DNA from: Eledone cirrhosa
Lineage: Eukaryota
Assembly (NCBI GenBank): GCA_964016885.1
Contig: OZ024752.1
Span: forward strand, 29,884,001-29,948,000
Direction of reading: 5' to 3'
DNA length: 64,000 nt
How positions within the stretch are numbered: position 1 is the stretch's first letter; every line of letters starts with the position of its first letter. The notes under the pieces are model-generated. The model was not told the origin of the DNA. It worked only from the letters and a program-made list of their open reading frames with translations, and made no database searches. Positions 12,501-27,900 of the stretch are shown here, one piece after another. A program made the translations under genes and the position numbers.

Positions 12501-15500
12501 TGGGATGTGTGGTCACTGTAATAGATTGCCAGAGATGGTAATGTTGTAGATGTGGGATGTGTGGTCACTGTAATAGGTTACCAGAGATGGTAATATTGTA
12601 GATGTGGGATGTGTGGTCACTGTAATAGATTGGCAAAGATGGTAATACTGTAGATGTAGGATGTGTGGTCACCGTAATAGATTACCAGAGATGGTAATAT
12701 TGTAGATGTGGGATGTGTGGTCACTGTAATAGGTTACCAGAGATGATAATGTTGTAGATGTGGGATGTGAGGTCACTGTAATAGATTGGCAGAGATGGTA
12801 ATGTTGTAGGTGTGGGATGTGTGGTCACCGTAATAGATTGCCAGAGATGGTAATATTGTAGATGTGGGATGTGTGGTCACTGTAATAGATTGGCAGAGAT
12901 GGTAATGTTGTAGATGTGGGATGTGTGGTCACTTTAATAGGTTGCCAGAGATGGTAATATTGTAGATGTGGGACGTGTGGTCACTGTAATAGCTTGCCAG
13001 AGATGGTAATATTGTAGATGTGGGGTGTGTGGTCACTGTAATAGATTGCCAGAGATGGTAATATTGTAGATGTGGTTTGTGAAGTCACTGTAATAGGTTG
13101 CCAGAGATGGTAATATTGTAGATGTGGGATGTGTGGTCACCGTAATAGATTGCCAGAGATGGTAATATTGTAGATGTGGGATGTGTGGTCACTGTAATAG
13201 ATTGGCAGAGATGGTAATGTTGTAGATGTGGGATGTGTGGTCACTGTAATAGATTGCCAGAGATGGTAATGTTGTAGATGTGGGATGTGTGGTCACTGTA
13301 ATAGATTGCCAGAGATGGTAATATTGTAGATGTGGGATGTGTGGTCACTGTAATAGATTGCCAGAGATGGTAATGTTGTAGATGTGGGATGTGAGGTCAC
13401 TGTAATAGATTGGCAGAGATGGTAATATTGTAGATGTGGGATGTGTGGTCACTGTAATAGATTGCCAGAGATGGTAATGTTGTAGATGTGGGATGTGTGG
13501 TCACTGTAATAGATTGGCAGAGATGGTAATATTGTAGATGTGGGATGTGTGGTCACTGTAGTAGATTGCCAGAGATGGTAATGTTGTAGATGTGGGATGT
13601 GTGGTCACTATAATAGATTGGCAGAGATGGTAATATTGTAGATGTGGGATGTGTGGTCACTGTAATAGATTGCCAGAGATGGTAATGTTGTAGATGTGGG
13701 ATGTGTGGTCACTGTAATAGATTGGCAGAGATGGTAATGTTGTAGATGTGGGATGTGAGGTCACTGTAATAGATTGGTAGAGATGGTAATATTGTAGATG
13801 TGGGATGTGAGGTCACTGTAATAGATTGGTAGAGATGGTAATATTGTAGATGTGGGATGTGAGGTCACTGTAATAGATTGGTAGAGATGGTAATATTGTA
13901 GATGTGGGATGTGTGGTCACTGTAATAGATTGGCAGAGATGGCAATATTGTAGATGTGGGATGTGTGGTCACTGTAATAGATTGCCAAAGATGGTAATGT
14001 TGTAGGTGTGGGATGTTTGGTCACTGTAATAGATTGGCAAAGATGGTAATATTGTAGATGTAGGATGTGTGGTCACCGTAATAGATTACCAGAGATGGTA
14101 ATATTGTAGATGTGGGATGTGTGGTCACTGTAATAGATTGCCAGAGATGGTAATATTGTAGATGTGGGATGTGTGGTCACTGTAATAGATTGCCAGCGAT
14201 GGTAATGTTGTAGATGTGGGATGTGTGGCCACTGTAATAGATTTCCAGAGATGGTAATATTGTAGATGTGGGATGTTTGGTCACAGTAATAGGTTGCCAG
14301 AGATGGTAATATTGTAGATGTGGGATGTGTGGTCACTGTAATAGATTGCCAGAGATGGTAATGTTGTAGATGTGGGATGTGTGGTCACTGTAATAGATTG
14401 CCAGAGATGGTAATGTTGTAGATGTGGGATGTGTGGCCACTGTAATAGATTGCCAGAGATGGTAATATTGTAGATGTGGGATGTGTGGTCACTGTAATAG
14501 ATTGCCAGAGATGGTAATGTTGTAGATGTGGGATGTGTGGTCACTGTAATAGGTTACCAGAGATGGTAATATTGTAGATGTGGGATGTGTGGTCACTGTA
14601 ATAGATTGGCAAAGATGGTAATACTGTAGATGTAGGATGTGTGGTCACCGTAATAGATTACCAGAGATGATAATATTGTAGATGTGGGATGTGTGGTCAC
14701 TGTAATAGGTTACCAGAGATGATAATGTTGTAGATGTGGGATGTGAGGTCACTGTAATAGATTGGCAGAGATGGTAATGTTGTAGGTGTGGGATGTGTGG
14801 TCACCGTAATAGATTGCCAGAGATGGTAATATTGTAGATGTGGGATGTGTGGTCACTGTAATAGATTGGCAAAGATGGTAATACTGTAGATGTAGGATGT
14901 GTGGTCACCGTAATAGATTACAAGAGATGGTAATATTGTAGATGTGGGATGTGTGGTCACTGTAATAGGTTACCAGAGATGATAATGTTGTAGATGTGGG
15001 ATGTGAGGTCACTGTAATAGATTGGCAGAGATGGTAATGTTGTAGGTGTGGGATGTGTGGTCACCGTAATAGATTGCCAGAGATGGTAATATTGTAGATG
15101 TGGGATGTGTGGTCACTGTAATAGATTGGCAGAGATGGTAATGTTGTAGATGTGGGATGTGTGGTCACTTTAATAGGTTGCCAGAGATGGTAATATTGTA
15201 GATGTGGGACGTGTGGTCACTGTAATAGCTTGCCAGAGATGGTAATATTGTAGATGTGGGGTGTGTGGTCACTGTAATAGATTGCCAGAGATGGTAATAT
15301 TGTAGATGTGGTTTGTGAAGTCACTGTAATAGGTTGCCAGAGATGGTAATATTGTAGATGTGGGATGTGTGGTCACCGTAATAGATTGCCAGAGATGGTA
15401 ATATTGTAGATGTGGGATGTGTGGTCACTGTAATAGATTGGCAGAGATGGTAATGTTGTAGATGTGGGATGTGTGGTCACTGTAATAGATTGCCAGAGAT

Positions 15501-18500
15501 GGTAATGTTGTAGATGTGGGATGTGTGGTCACTGTAATAGATTGCCAGAGATGGTAATATTGTAGATGTGGGATGTGTGGTCACTGTAATAGATTGCCAG
15601 AGATGGTAATGTTGTAGATGTGGGATGTGAGGTCACTGTAATAGATTGGCAGAGATGGTAATATTGTAGATGTGGGATGTGTGGTCACTGTAATAGATTG
15701 CCAGAGATGGTAATGTTGTAGATGTGGGATGTGTGGTCACTGTAATAGATTGGCAGAGATGGTAATATTGTAGATGTGGGATGTGTGGTCACTGTAGTAG
15801 ATTGCCAGAGATGGTAATGTTGTAGATGTGGGATGTGTGGTCACTATAATAGATTGGCAGAGATGGTAATATTGTAGGTGTGGGATGTGTGGTCACTGTA
15901 ATAGATTGCCAGAGATGGTAATGTTGTAGATGTGGGATGTGTGGTCACTGTAATAGATTGGCAGAGATGGTAATGTTGTAGATGTGGGATGTGAGGTCAC
16001 TGTAATAGATTGGTAGAGATGGTAATATTGTAGATGTGGGATGTGAGGTCACTGTAATAGATTGGTAGAGATGGTAATATTGTAGATGTGGGATGTGAGG
16101 TCACTGTAATAGATTGGTAGAGATGGTAATATTGTAGATGTGGGATGTGTGGTCACTGTAATAGATTGGCAGAGATGGCAATATTGTAGATGTGGGATGT
16201 GTGGTCACTGTAATAGATTGCCAAAGATGGTAATGTTGTAGGTGTGGGATGTTTGGTCACTGTAATAGATTGGCAAAGATGGTAATATTGTAGATGTAGG
16301 ATGTGTGGTCACCGTAATAGATTACCAGAGATGGTAATATTGTAGATGTGGGATGTGTGGTCACTGTAATAGATTGCCAGAGATGGTAATATTGTAGATG
16401 TGGGATGTGTGGTCACTGTAATAGATTGCCAGCGATGGTAATGTTGTAGATGTGGGATGTGTGGCCACTGTAATAGATTGCCAGAGATGGTAATATTGTA
16501 GATGTGGGATGTTTGGTCACAGTAATAGGTTGCCAGAGATGGTAATATTGTAGATGTGGGATGTGTGGTCACTGTAATAGATTGCCAGAGATGGTAATGT
16601 TGTAGATGTGGGATGTGTGGTCACTGTAATAGATTGCCAGAGATGGTAATGTTGTAGATGTGGGATGTGTGGCCACTGTAATAGATTGCCAGAGATGGTA
16701 ATATTGTAGATGGGGGATGTGTGGTCACTGTAATAGATTGCCAGAGATGGTAATGTTGTAGATGTGGGATGTGTGGTCACTGTAATAGGTTACCAGAGAT
16801 GGTAATATTGTAGATGTGGGATGTGTGGTCACTGTAATAGATTGGCAAAGATGGTAATACTGTAGATGTAGGATGTGTGGTCACCGTAATAGATTACCAG
16901 AGATGATAATATTGTAGATGTGGGATGTGTGGTCACTGTAATAGGTTACCAGAGATGATAATGTTGTAGATGTGGGATGTGAGGTCACTGTAATAGATTG
17001 GCAGAGATGGTAATGTTGTAGGTGTGGGATGTGTGGTCACCGTAATAGATTGCCAGAGATGGTAATATTGTAGATGTGGGATGTGTGGTCACTGTAATAG
17101 ATTGGCAGAGATGGTAATATTGTAGATCTGGGATGTGTGGTCACTGTAATAGATTGGCAGAGATGGTAATGTTGTAGATGTGGGATGTGTGGTCACCGTA
17201 ATAGATTGCCAGAGATGGTAATATTGTAGATGTGGGATGTGTGGTCACTGTAATAGATTGGCAGAGATGGTAATGTTGTAGATGTGGGATGTGTGGTCAC
17301 TTTAATAGGTTGCCAGAGATGGTAATATTGTAGATGTGGGACGTGTGGTCACTGTAATAGCTTGCCAGAGATGGTAATATTGTAGATGTGGGATGTGTGG
17401 TCACCGTAATAGATTGCCAGAGATGGTAATATTGTAGATGTGGGATGTGTAGTCACTGTAATAGATTGCCAGAGATGGTAATATTGTAGATGTGGGATGT
17501 GTGGTCACCGTAATAGATTGCCAGAGATGGTAATATTGTAGATGTGGGATGTGTGGTCACCGTAATAGATTGGCAGAGATGGTAATGTTGTAGATGTGGG
17601 GTGTGTGGTCACTGTAATAGATTGCCAGAGATGGTAATATTGTAGATGTGGGATGTGTGGTCACTGTAGTAGATTGGCAGAGATGGTAATGTTGTAGATG
17701 TGGGGTGTGTGGTCACTGTAATAGATTGCCAGAGATGGTAATATTGTAGATGTGGTATGTGAAGTCACTGTAATAGGTTGCCAGAGATGGTAATATTGTA
17801 GATGTGGGATGTGTGGTCACCGTAATAGATTGCCAGAGATGGTAATATTGTAGATGTGGGATGTGTGGTCACTGTAATAGATTGGCAGAGATGGTAATGT
17901 TGTAGATGTGGGATGTGTGGTCACTGTAGTAGATTGCCAGAGATGGTAATGTTGTAGATGTGGCATGTGTGGTCACTGTAATAGATTGCCAGAGATGGTA
18001 ATATTGTAGATGTGGGATGTGTGGTCACTGTAATAGATTGCCAGAGATGGTAATGTTGTAGATGTGGGATGTGAGGTCACTGTAATAGATTGGCAGAGAT
18101 GGTAATATTGTAGATGTGGGATGTGTGGTCACTGTAATAGATTGCCAGAGATGGTAATGTTGTAGATGTGGGATGTGTGGTCACTGTAATAGATTGGCAG
18201 AGATGGTAATATTGTAGATGTGGGATGTGTGGTCACTGTAATAGATTGCCAGAGATGGTAATGTTGTAGATGTGGGATGTGTGGTCACTATAATAGATCG
18301 GCAGAGATGGTAATATCGTAGATGTGGGATGTGTGGTCACTGTAATAGATTGCCAGAGATGGTAATGTTGTAGATGTAGGATGTGTGGTCACTGTAATAG
18401 ATTGGCAGAGATGGTAATGTTGTAGATGTGGGATGTGAGGTCACTGTAATAGATTGGCAGAGATGGTAATATTGTAGATGTGGGATGTGAGGTCACTGTA

Positions 18501-21500
18501 ATAGATTGGTAGAGATGGTAATATTGTAGATGTGGGATGTTAGGTCACTGTAATAGATTGGTAGAGATGGTAATATTGTAGATGTGGGATGTGTGGTCAC
18601 TGTAATAGATTGGCAGAGATGGTAATATTGTAGATGTGGGATGTGTGGTCACTGTAATAGATTGCCAAAGATGGTAATATTGTAGATGTGGGATGTGTGG
18701 TCACAGTAATAGGTTGCCAGAGATGGTAATATTGTAGATGTGGGATGTTTGGTCACAGTAATAGGTTGCCAGAGATGGTAATATTGTAGATGTGGGATGT
18801 GTGGTCACTGTAATAGATTGCCAGAGATGGTAATGTTGTAGATGTGGGATGTGTGGTCACTGTAATAGATTGGCAGAGATGGTAATGTTGTAGATGTGGG
18901 ATGTGAGGTCACTGTAATAGATTGGTAGAGATGGTAATATTGTAGATGTGGGATGTGAGGTCACTGTAATAGATTGGTAGAGATGGTAATATTGTAGATG
19001 TGGGATGTGAGGTCACTGTAATAGATTGGTAGAGATGGTAATATTGTAGATGTGGGATGTGTGGTCACTGTAATAGATTGGCAGAGATGGTAATATTGTA
19101 GATGTGGGATGTGTGGTCACTGTAATAGATTGCCAAAGATGGTAATGTTGTAGGTGTGGGATGTTTGGTCACTGTAATAGATTGGCAAAGATGGTAATAT
19201 TGTAGATGTAGGATGTGTGGTCACCGTAATAGATTACCAGAGATGGTAATATTGTAGATGTGGGATGTGTGGTCACTGTAATAGATTGCCAGAGATGGTA
19301 ATATTGTAGATGTGGGATGTGTGGTCACTGTAATAGATTGCCAGCGATGGTAATGTTGTAGATGTGGGATGTGTGGCCACTGTAATAGATTGCCAGAGAT
19401 GGTAATATTGTAGATGTGGGATGTTTGGTCACAGTAATAGGTTGCCAGAGATGGTAATATTGTAGATGTGGGATGTGTGGTCACTGTAATAGATTGCCAG
19501 AGATGGTAATGTTGTAGATGTGGGATGTGTGGTCACTGTAATAGATTGCCAGAGATGGTAATGTTGTAGATGTGGGATGTGTGGCCACTGTAATAGATTG
19601 CCAGAGATGGTAATATTGTAGATGTGGGATGTGTGGTCACTGTAATAGATTGCCAGAGATGGTAATGTTGTAGATGTGGGATGTGTGGTCACTGTAATAG
19701 GTTACCAGAGATGGTAATATTGTAGATGTGGGATGTGTGGTCACTGTAATAGATTGGCAAAGATGGTAATACTGTAGATGTAGGATGTGTGGTCACCGTA
19801 ATAGATTACCAGAGATGGTAATATTGTAGATGTGGGATGTGTGGTCACTGTAATAGGTTACCAGAGATGATAATGTTGTAGATGTGGGATGTGAGGTCAC
19901 TGTAATAGATTGGCAGAGATGGTAATGTTGTAGGTGTGGGATGTGTGGTCACCGTAATAGATTGCCAGAGATGGTAATATTGTAGATGTGGGATGTGTGG
20001 TCACTGTAATAGATTGGCAGAGATGGTAATGTTGTAGATGTGGGATGTGTGGTCACTTTAATAGGTTGCCAGAGATGGTAATATTGTAGATGTGGGACGT
20101 GTGGTCACTGTAATAGCTTGCCAGAGATGGTAATATTGTAGATGTGGGGTGTGTGGTCACTGTAATAGATTGCCAGAGATGGTAATATTGTAGATGTGGT
20201 ATGTGAAGTCACTGTAATAGGTTGCCAGAGATGGTAATATTGTAGATGTGGGATGTGTGGTCACCGTAATAGATTGCCAGAGATGGTAATATTGTAGATG
20301 TGGGATGTGTGGTCACTGTAATAGATTGGCAGAGATGGTAATGTTGTAGATGTGGGATGTGTGGTCACTGTAATAGATTGCCAGAGATGGTAATGTTGTA
20401 GATGTGGGATGTGTGGTCACTGTAATAGATTGCCAGAGATGGTAATATTGTAGATGTGGGATGTGTGGTCACTGTAATAGATTGCCAGAGATGGTAATGT
20501 TGTAGATGTGGGATGTGAGGTCACTGTAATAGATTGGCAGAGATGGTAATATTGTAGATGTGGGATGTGTGGTCACTGTAATAGATTGCCAGAGATGGTA
20601 ATGTTGTAGATGTGGGATGTGTGGTCACTGTAATAGATTGGCAGAGATGGTAATATTGTAGATGTGGGATGTGTGGTCACTGTAGTAGATTGCCAGAGAT
20701 GGTAATGTTGTAGATGTGGGATGTGTGGTCACTATAATAGATTGGCAGAGATGGTAATATTGTAGATGTGGGATGTGTGGTCACTGTAATAGATTGCCAG
20801 AGATGGTAATGTTGTAGATGTGGGATGTGTGGTCACTGTAATAGATTGGCAGAGATGGTAATGTTGTAGATGTGGGATGTGAGGTCACTGTAATAGATTG
20901 GTAGAGATGGTAATATTGTAGATGTGGGATGTGAGGTCACTGTAATAGATTGGTAGAGATGGTAATATTGTAGATGTGGGATGTGAGGTCACTGTAATAG
21001 ATTGGTAGAGATGGTAATATTGTAGATGTGGGATGTGTGGTCACTGTAATAGATTGGCAGAGATGGCAATATTGTAGATGTGGGATGTGTGGTCACTGTA
21101 ATAGATTGCCAAAGATGGTAATGTTGTAGGTGTGGGATGTTTGGTCACTGTAATAGATTGGCAAAGATGGTAATATTGTAGATGTAGGATGTGTGGTCAC
21201 CGTAATAGATTACCAGAGATGGTAATATTGTAGATGTGGGATGTGTGGTCACTGTAATAGATTGCCAGAGATGGTAATATTGTAGATGTGGGATGTGTGG
21301 TCACTGTAATAGATTGCCAGCGATGGTAATGTTGTAGATGTGGGATGTGTGGCCACTGTAATAGATTGCCAGAGATGGTAATATTGTAGATGTGGGATGT
21401 TTGGTCACAGTAATAGGTTGCCAGAGATGGTAATATTGTAGATGTGGGATGTGTGGTCACTGTAATAGATTGCCAGAGATGGTAATGTTGTAGATGTGGG

Positions 21501-24500
21501 ATGTGTGGTCACTGTAATAGATTGCCAGAGATGGTAATGTTGTAGATGTGGGATGTGTGGCCACTGTAATAGATTGCCAGAGATGGTAATATTGTAGATG
21601 TGGGATGTGTGGTCACTGTAATAGATTGCCAGAGATGGTAATGTTGTAGATGTGGGATGTGTGGTCACTGTAATAGGTTACCAGAGATGGTAATATTGTA
21701 GATGTGGGATGTGTGGTCACTGTAATAGATTGGCAAAGATGGTAATACTGTAGATGTAGGATGTGTGGTCACCGTAATAGATTACCAGAGATGATAATAT
21801 TGTAGATGTGGGATGTGTGGTCACTGTAATAGGTTACCAGAGATGATAATGTTGTAGATGTGGGATGTGAGGTCACTGTAATAGATTGGCAGAGATGGTA
21901 ATGTTGTAGGTGTGGGATGTGTGGTCACCGTAATAGATTGCCAGAGATGGTAATATTGTAGATGTGGGATGTGTGGTCACTGTAATAGATTGGCAGAGAT
22001 GGTAATATTGTAGATCTGGGATGTGTGGTCACTGTAATAGATTGGCAGAGATGGTAATGTTGTAGATGTGGGATGTGTGGTCACCGTAATAGATTGCCAG
22101 AGATGGTAATATTGTAGATGTGGGATGTGTGGTCACTGTAATAGATTGGCAGAGATGGTAATGTTGTAGATGTGGGATGTGTGGTCACTTTAATAGGTTG
22201 CCAGAGATGGTAATATTGTAGATGTGGGACGTGTGGTCACTGTAATAGCTTGCCAGAGATGGTAATATTGTAGATGTGGGATGTGTGGTCACCGTAATAG
22301 ATTGCCAGAGATGGTAATATTGTAGATGTGGGATGTGTAGTCACTGTAATAGATTGCCAGAGATGGTAATATTGTAGATGTGGGATGTGTGGTCACCGTA
22401 ATAGATTGCCAGAGATGGTAATATTGTAGATGTGGGATGTGTGGTCACCGTAATAGATTGGCAGAGATGGTAATGTTGTAGATGTGGGGTGTGTGGTCAC
22501 TGTAATAGATTGGTAGAGATGGTAATATTGTAGATGTGGGATGTTAGGTCACTGTAATAGATTGGTAGAGATGGTAATATTGTAGATGTGGGATGTGTGG
22601 TCACTGTAATAGATTGGCAGAGATGGTAATATTGTAGATGTGGGATGTGTGGTCACTGTAATAGATTGCCAAAGATGGTAATATTGTAGATGTGGGATGT
22701 GTGGTCACAGTAATAGGTTGCCAGAGATGGTAATATTGTAGATGTGGGATGTTTGGTCACAGTAATAGGTTGCCAGAGATGGTAATATTGTAGATGTGGG
22801 ATGTGTGGTCACTGTAATAGATTGCCAGAGATGGTAATGTTGTAGATGTGGGATGTGTGGTCACTGTAATAGATTGGCAGAGATGGTAATGTTGTAGATG
22901 TGGGATGTGAGGTCACTGTAATAGATTGGTAGAGATGGTAATATTGTAGATGTGGGATGTGAGGTCACTGTAATAGATTGGTAGAGATGGTAATATTGTA
23001 GATGTGGGATGTGAGGTCACTGTAATAGATTGGTAGAGATGGTAATATTGTAGATGTGGGATGTGTGGTCACTGTAATAGATTGGCAGAGATGGTAATAT
23101 TGTAGATGTGGGATGTGTGGTCACTGTAATAGATTGCCAAAGATGGTAATGTTGTAGGTGTGGGATGTTTGGTCACTGTAATAGATTGGCAAAGATGGTA
23201 ATATTGTAGATGTAGGATGTGTGGTCACCGTAATAGATTACCAGAGATGGTAATATTGTAGATGTGGGATGTGTGGTCACTGTAATAGATTGCCAGAGAT
23301 GGTAATATTGTAGATGTGGGATGTGTGGTCACTGTAATAGATTGCCAGCGATGGTAATGTTGTAGATGTGGGATGTGTGGCCACTGTAATAGATTGCCAG
23401 AGATGGTAATATTGTAGATGTGGGATGTTTGGTCACAGTAATAGGTTGCCAGAGATGGTAATATTGTAGATGTGGGATGTGTGGTCACTGTAATAGATTG
23501 CCAGAGATGGTAATGTTGTAGATGTGGGATGTGTGGTCACTGTAATAGATTGCCAGAGATGGTAATGTTGTAGATGTGGGATGTGTGGCCACTGTAATAG
23601 ATTGCCAGAGATGGTAATATTGTAGATGTGGGATGTGTGGTCACTGTAATAGATTGCCAGAGATGGTAATGTTGTAGATGTGGGATGTGTGGTCACTGTA
23701 ATAGGTTACCAGAGATGGTAATATTGTAGATGTGGGATGTGTGGTCACTGTAATAGATTGGCAAAGATGGTAATACTGTAGATGTAGGATGTGTGGTCAC
23801 CGTAATAGATTACCAGAGATGGTAATATTGTAGATGTGGGATGTGTGGTCACTGTAATAGGTTACCAGAGATGATAATGTTGTAGATGTGGGATGTGAGG
23901 TCACTGTAATAGATTGGCAGAGATGGTAATGTTGTAGGTGTGGGATGTGTGGTCACCGTAATAGATTGCCAGAGATGGTAATATTGTAGATGTGGGATGT
24001 GTGGTCACTGTAATAGATTGGCAGAGATGGTAATGTTGTAGATGTGGGATGTGTGGTCACTTTAATAGGTTGCCAGAGATGGTAATATTGTAGATGTGGG
24101 ACGTGTGGTCACTGTAATAGCTTGCCAGAGATGGTAATATTGTAGATGTGGGGTGTGTGGTCACTGTAATAGATTGCCAGAGATGGTAATATTGTAGATG
24201 TGGTATGTGAAGTCACTGTAATAGGTTGCCAGAGATGGTAATATTGTAGATGTGGGATGTGTGGTCACCGTAATAGATTGCCAGAGATGGTAATATTGTA
24301 GATGTGGGATGTGTGGTCACTGTAATAGATTGGCAGAGATGGTAATGTTGTAGATGTGGGATGTGTGGTCACTGTAATAGATTGCCAGAGATGGTAATGT
24401 TGTAGATGTGGGATGTGTGGTCACTGTAATAGATTGCCAGAGATGGTAATATTGTAGATGTGGGATGTGTGGTCACTGTAATAGATTGCCAGAGATGGTA

Positions 24501-27500
24501 ATGTTGTAGATGTGGGATGTGAGGTCACTGTAATAGATTGGCAGAGATGGTAATATTGTAGATGTGGGATGTGTGGTCACTGTAATAGATTGCCAGAGAT
24601 GGTAATGTTGTAGATGTGGGATGTGTGGTCACTGTAATAGATTGGCAGAGATGGTAATATTGTAGATGTGGGATGTGTGGTCACTGTAGTAGATTGCCAG
24701 AGATGGTAATGTTGTAGATGTGGGATGTGTGGTCACTATAATAGATTGGCAGAGATGGTAATATTGTAGATGTGGGATGTGTGGTCACTGTAATAGATTG
24801 CCAGAGATGGTAATGTTGTAGATGTGGGATGTGTGGTCACTGTAATAGATTGGCAGAGATGGTAATGTTGTAGATGTGGGATGTGAGGTCACTGTAATAG
24901 ATTGGTAGAGATGGTAATATTGTAGATGTGGGATGTGAGGTCACTGTAATAGATTGGTAGAGATGGTAATATTGTAGATGTGGGATGTGAGGTCACTGTA
25001 ATAGATTGGTAGAGATGGTAATATTGTAGATGTGGGATGTGTGGTCACTGTAATAGATTGGCAGAGATGGCAATATTGTAGATGTGGGATGTGTGGTCAC
25101 TGTAATAGATTGCCAAAGATGGTAATGTTGTAGGTGTGGGATGTTTGGTCACTGTAATAGATTGGCAAAGATGGTAATATTGTAGATGTAGGATGTGTGG
25201 TCACCGTAATAGATTACCAGAGATGGTAATATTGTAGATGTGGGATGTGTGGTCACTGTAATAGATTGCCAGAGATGGTAATATTGTAGATGTGGGATGT
25301 GTGGTCACTGTAATAGATTGCCAGCGATGGTAATGTTGTAGATGTGGGATGTGTGGCCACTGTAATAGATTGCCAGAGATGGTAATATTGTAGATGTGGG
25401 ATGTTTGGTCACAGTAATAGGTTGCCAGAGATGGTAATATTGTAGATGTGGGATGTGTGGTCACTGTAATAGATTGCCAGAGATGGTAATGTTGTAGATG
25501 TGGGATGTGTGGTCACTGTAATAGATTGCCAGAGATGGTAATGTTGTAGATGTGGGATGTGTGGCCACTGTAATAGATTGCCAGAGATGGTAATATTGTA
25601 GATGTGGGATGTGTGGTCACTGTAATAGATTGCCAGAGATGGTAATGTTGTAGATGTGGGATGTGTGGTCACTGTAATAGGTTACCAGAGATGGTAATAT
25701 TGTAGATGTGGGATGTGTGGTCACTGTAATAGATTGGCAAAGATGGTAATACTGTAGATGTAGGATGTGTGGTCACCGTAATAGATTACCAGAGATGATA
25801 ATATTGTAGATGTGGGATGTGTGGTCACTGTAATAGGTTACCAGAGATGATAATGTTGTAGATGTGGGATGTGAGGTCACTGTAATAGATTGGCAGAGAT
25901 GGTAATGTTGTAGGTGTGGGATGTGTGGTCACCGTAATAGATTGCCAGAGATGGTAATATTGTAGATGTGGGATGTGTGGTCACTGTAATAGATTGGCAG
26001 AGATGGTAATATTGTAGATCTGGGATGTGTGGTCACTGTAATAGATTGGCAGAGATGGTAATGTTGTAGATGTGGGATGTGTGGTCACCGTAATAGATTG
26101 CCAGAGATGGTAATATTGTAGATGTGGGATGTGTGGTCACTGTAATAGATTGGCAGAGATGGTAATGTTGTAGATGTGGGATGTGTGGTCACTTTAATAG
26201 GTTGCCAGAGATGGTAATATTGTAGATGTGGGACGTGTGGTCACTGTAATAGCTTGCCAGAGATGGTAATATTGTAGATGTGGGATGTGTGGTCACCGTA
26301 ATAGATTGCCAGAGATGGTAATATTGTAGATGTGGGATGTGTAGTCACTGTAATAGATTGCCAGAGATGGTAATATTGTAGATGTGGGATGTGTGGTCAC
26401 CGTAATAGATTGCCAGAGATGGTAATATTGTAGATGTGGGATGTGTGGTCACCGTAATAGATTGGCAGAGATGGTAATGTTGTAGATGTGGGGTGTGTGG
26501 TCACTGTAATAGATTGCCAGAGATGGTAATATTGTAGATGTGGGATGTGTGGTCACTGTAGTAGATTGGCAGAGATGGTAATGTTGTAGATGTGGGGTGT
26601 GTGGTCACTGTAATAGATTGCCAGAGATGGTAATGTTGTAGATGTGGTATGTGAAGTCACTGTAATAGGTTGCCAGAGATGGTAATATTGTAGATGTGGG
26701 ATGTGTGGTCACCGTAATAGATTGCCAGAGATGGTAATATTGTAGATGTGGGATGTGTGGTCACTGTAATAGATTGGCAGAGATGGTAATGTTGTAGATG
26801 TGGGATGTGTGGTCACTGTAGTAGATTGCCAGAGATGGTAATGTTGTAGATGTGGCATGTGTGGTCACTGTAATAGATTGCCAGAGATGGTAATATTGTA
26901 GATGTGGGATTTGTGGTCACTGTAATAGATTGCCAGAGATGGTAATGTTGTAGATGTGGGATGTGAGGTCACTGTAATAGATTGGCAGAGATGGTAATAT
27001 TGTAGATGTGGGATGTGTGGTCACTGTAATAGATTGCCAGAGATGGTAATGTTGTAGATGTGGGATGTGTGGTCACTGTAATAGATTGGCAGAGATGGTA
27101 ATATTGTAGATGTGGGATGTGTGGTCACTGTAATTGATTGCCAGAGATGGTAATGTTGTAGATGTGGGATGTGTGGTCACTATAATAGATTGGCAGAGAT
27201 GGTAATATCGTAGATGTGGGATGTGTGGTCACTGTAATAGATTGCCAGAGATGGTAATGTTGTAGATGTAGGATGTGTGGTCACTGTAATAGATTGGCAG
27301 AGATGGTAATGTTGTAGATGTGGGATGTGAGGTCACTGTAATAGATTGGCAGAGATGGTAATATTGTAGATGTGGGATGTGAGGTCACTGTAATAGATTG
27401 GTAGAGATGGTGATATTGTAGATGTGGGATGTTAGGTCACTGTAATAGATTGGTAGAGATGGTAATATTGTAGATGTGGGATGTGTGGTCACTGTAATAG

Positions 27501-27900
27501 ATTGGCAGAGATGGTAATATTGTAGATGTGGGATGTGTGGTCACTGTAATAGATTGCCAAAGATGGTAATATTGTAGATGTGGGATGTGTGGTCACAGTA
27601 ATAGGTTGCCAGAGATGGTAATATTGTAGATGTGGGATGTGTGGTCACTGTAATAGATTGCCAGAGATGGTAATGTTGTAGATGTGGGATGTGTGGTCAC
27701 TGTAATAGATTGCCAGAGATGGTAATGTTGTAGATGTGGGATGTGTGGTCACTGTAATAGATTGCCAGAGATGGTAATGTTGTAGATGTGGGATGTGTGG
27801 CCACTGTAATAGATTGCCAGAGATGGTAATATTGTAGATGTGGGATGTGTGGTCACTGTAATAGATTGCCAGAGATGGTAATGTTGTAGATGTGGGATGT
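6600..27900 (+). repeat. Domain of irregular higher-order repeats (units mostly ~38-47 monomers, ~2.0-2.4 kb)
   Basis: The marker GT(A/T)TGTGAAGTC occurs at 6731, 9071, 11099, 13075, 15311, 17755, 20199, 24203 and 26647, with spacings of 45, 39, 38, 43, 47, 47, 77 and 47 monomers. A triplet of TGGTAGAG monomers and the CCAAAG...TAGGTG and CCAGCGATG variants recur in conserved order. Confidence 0.9.
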
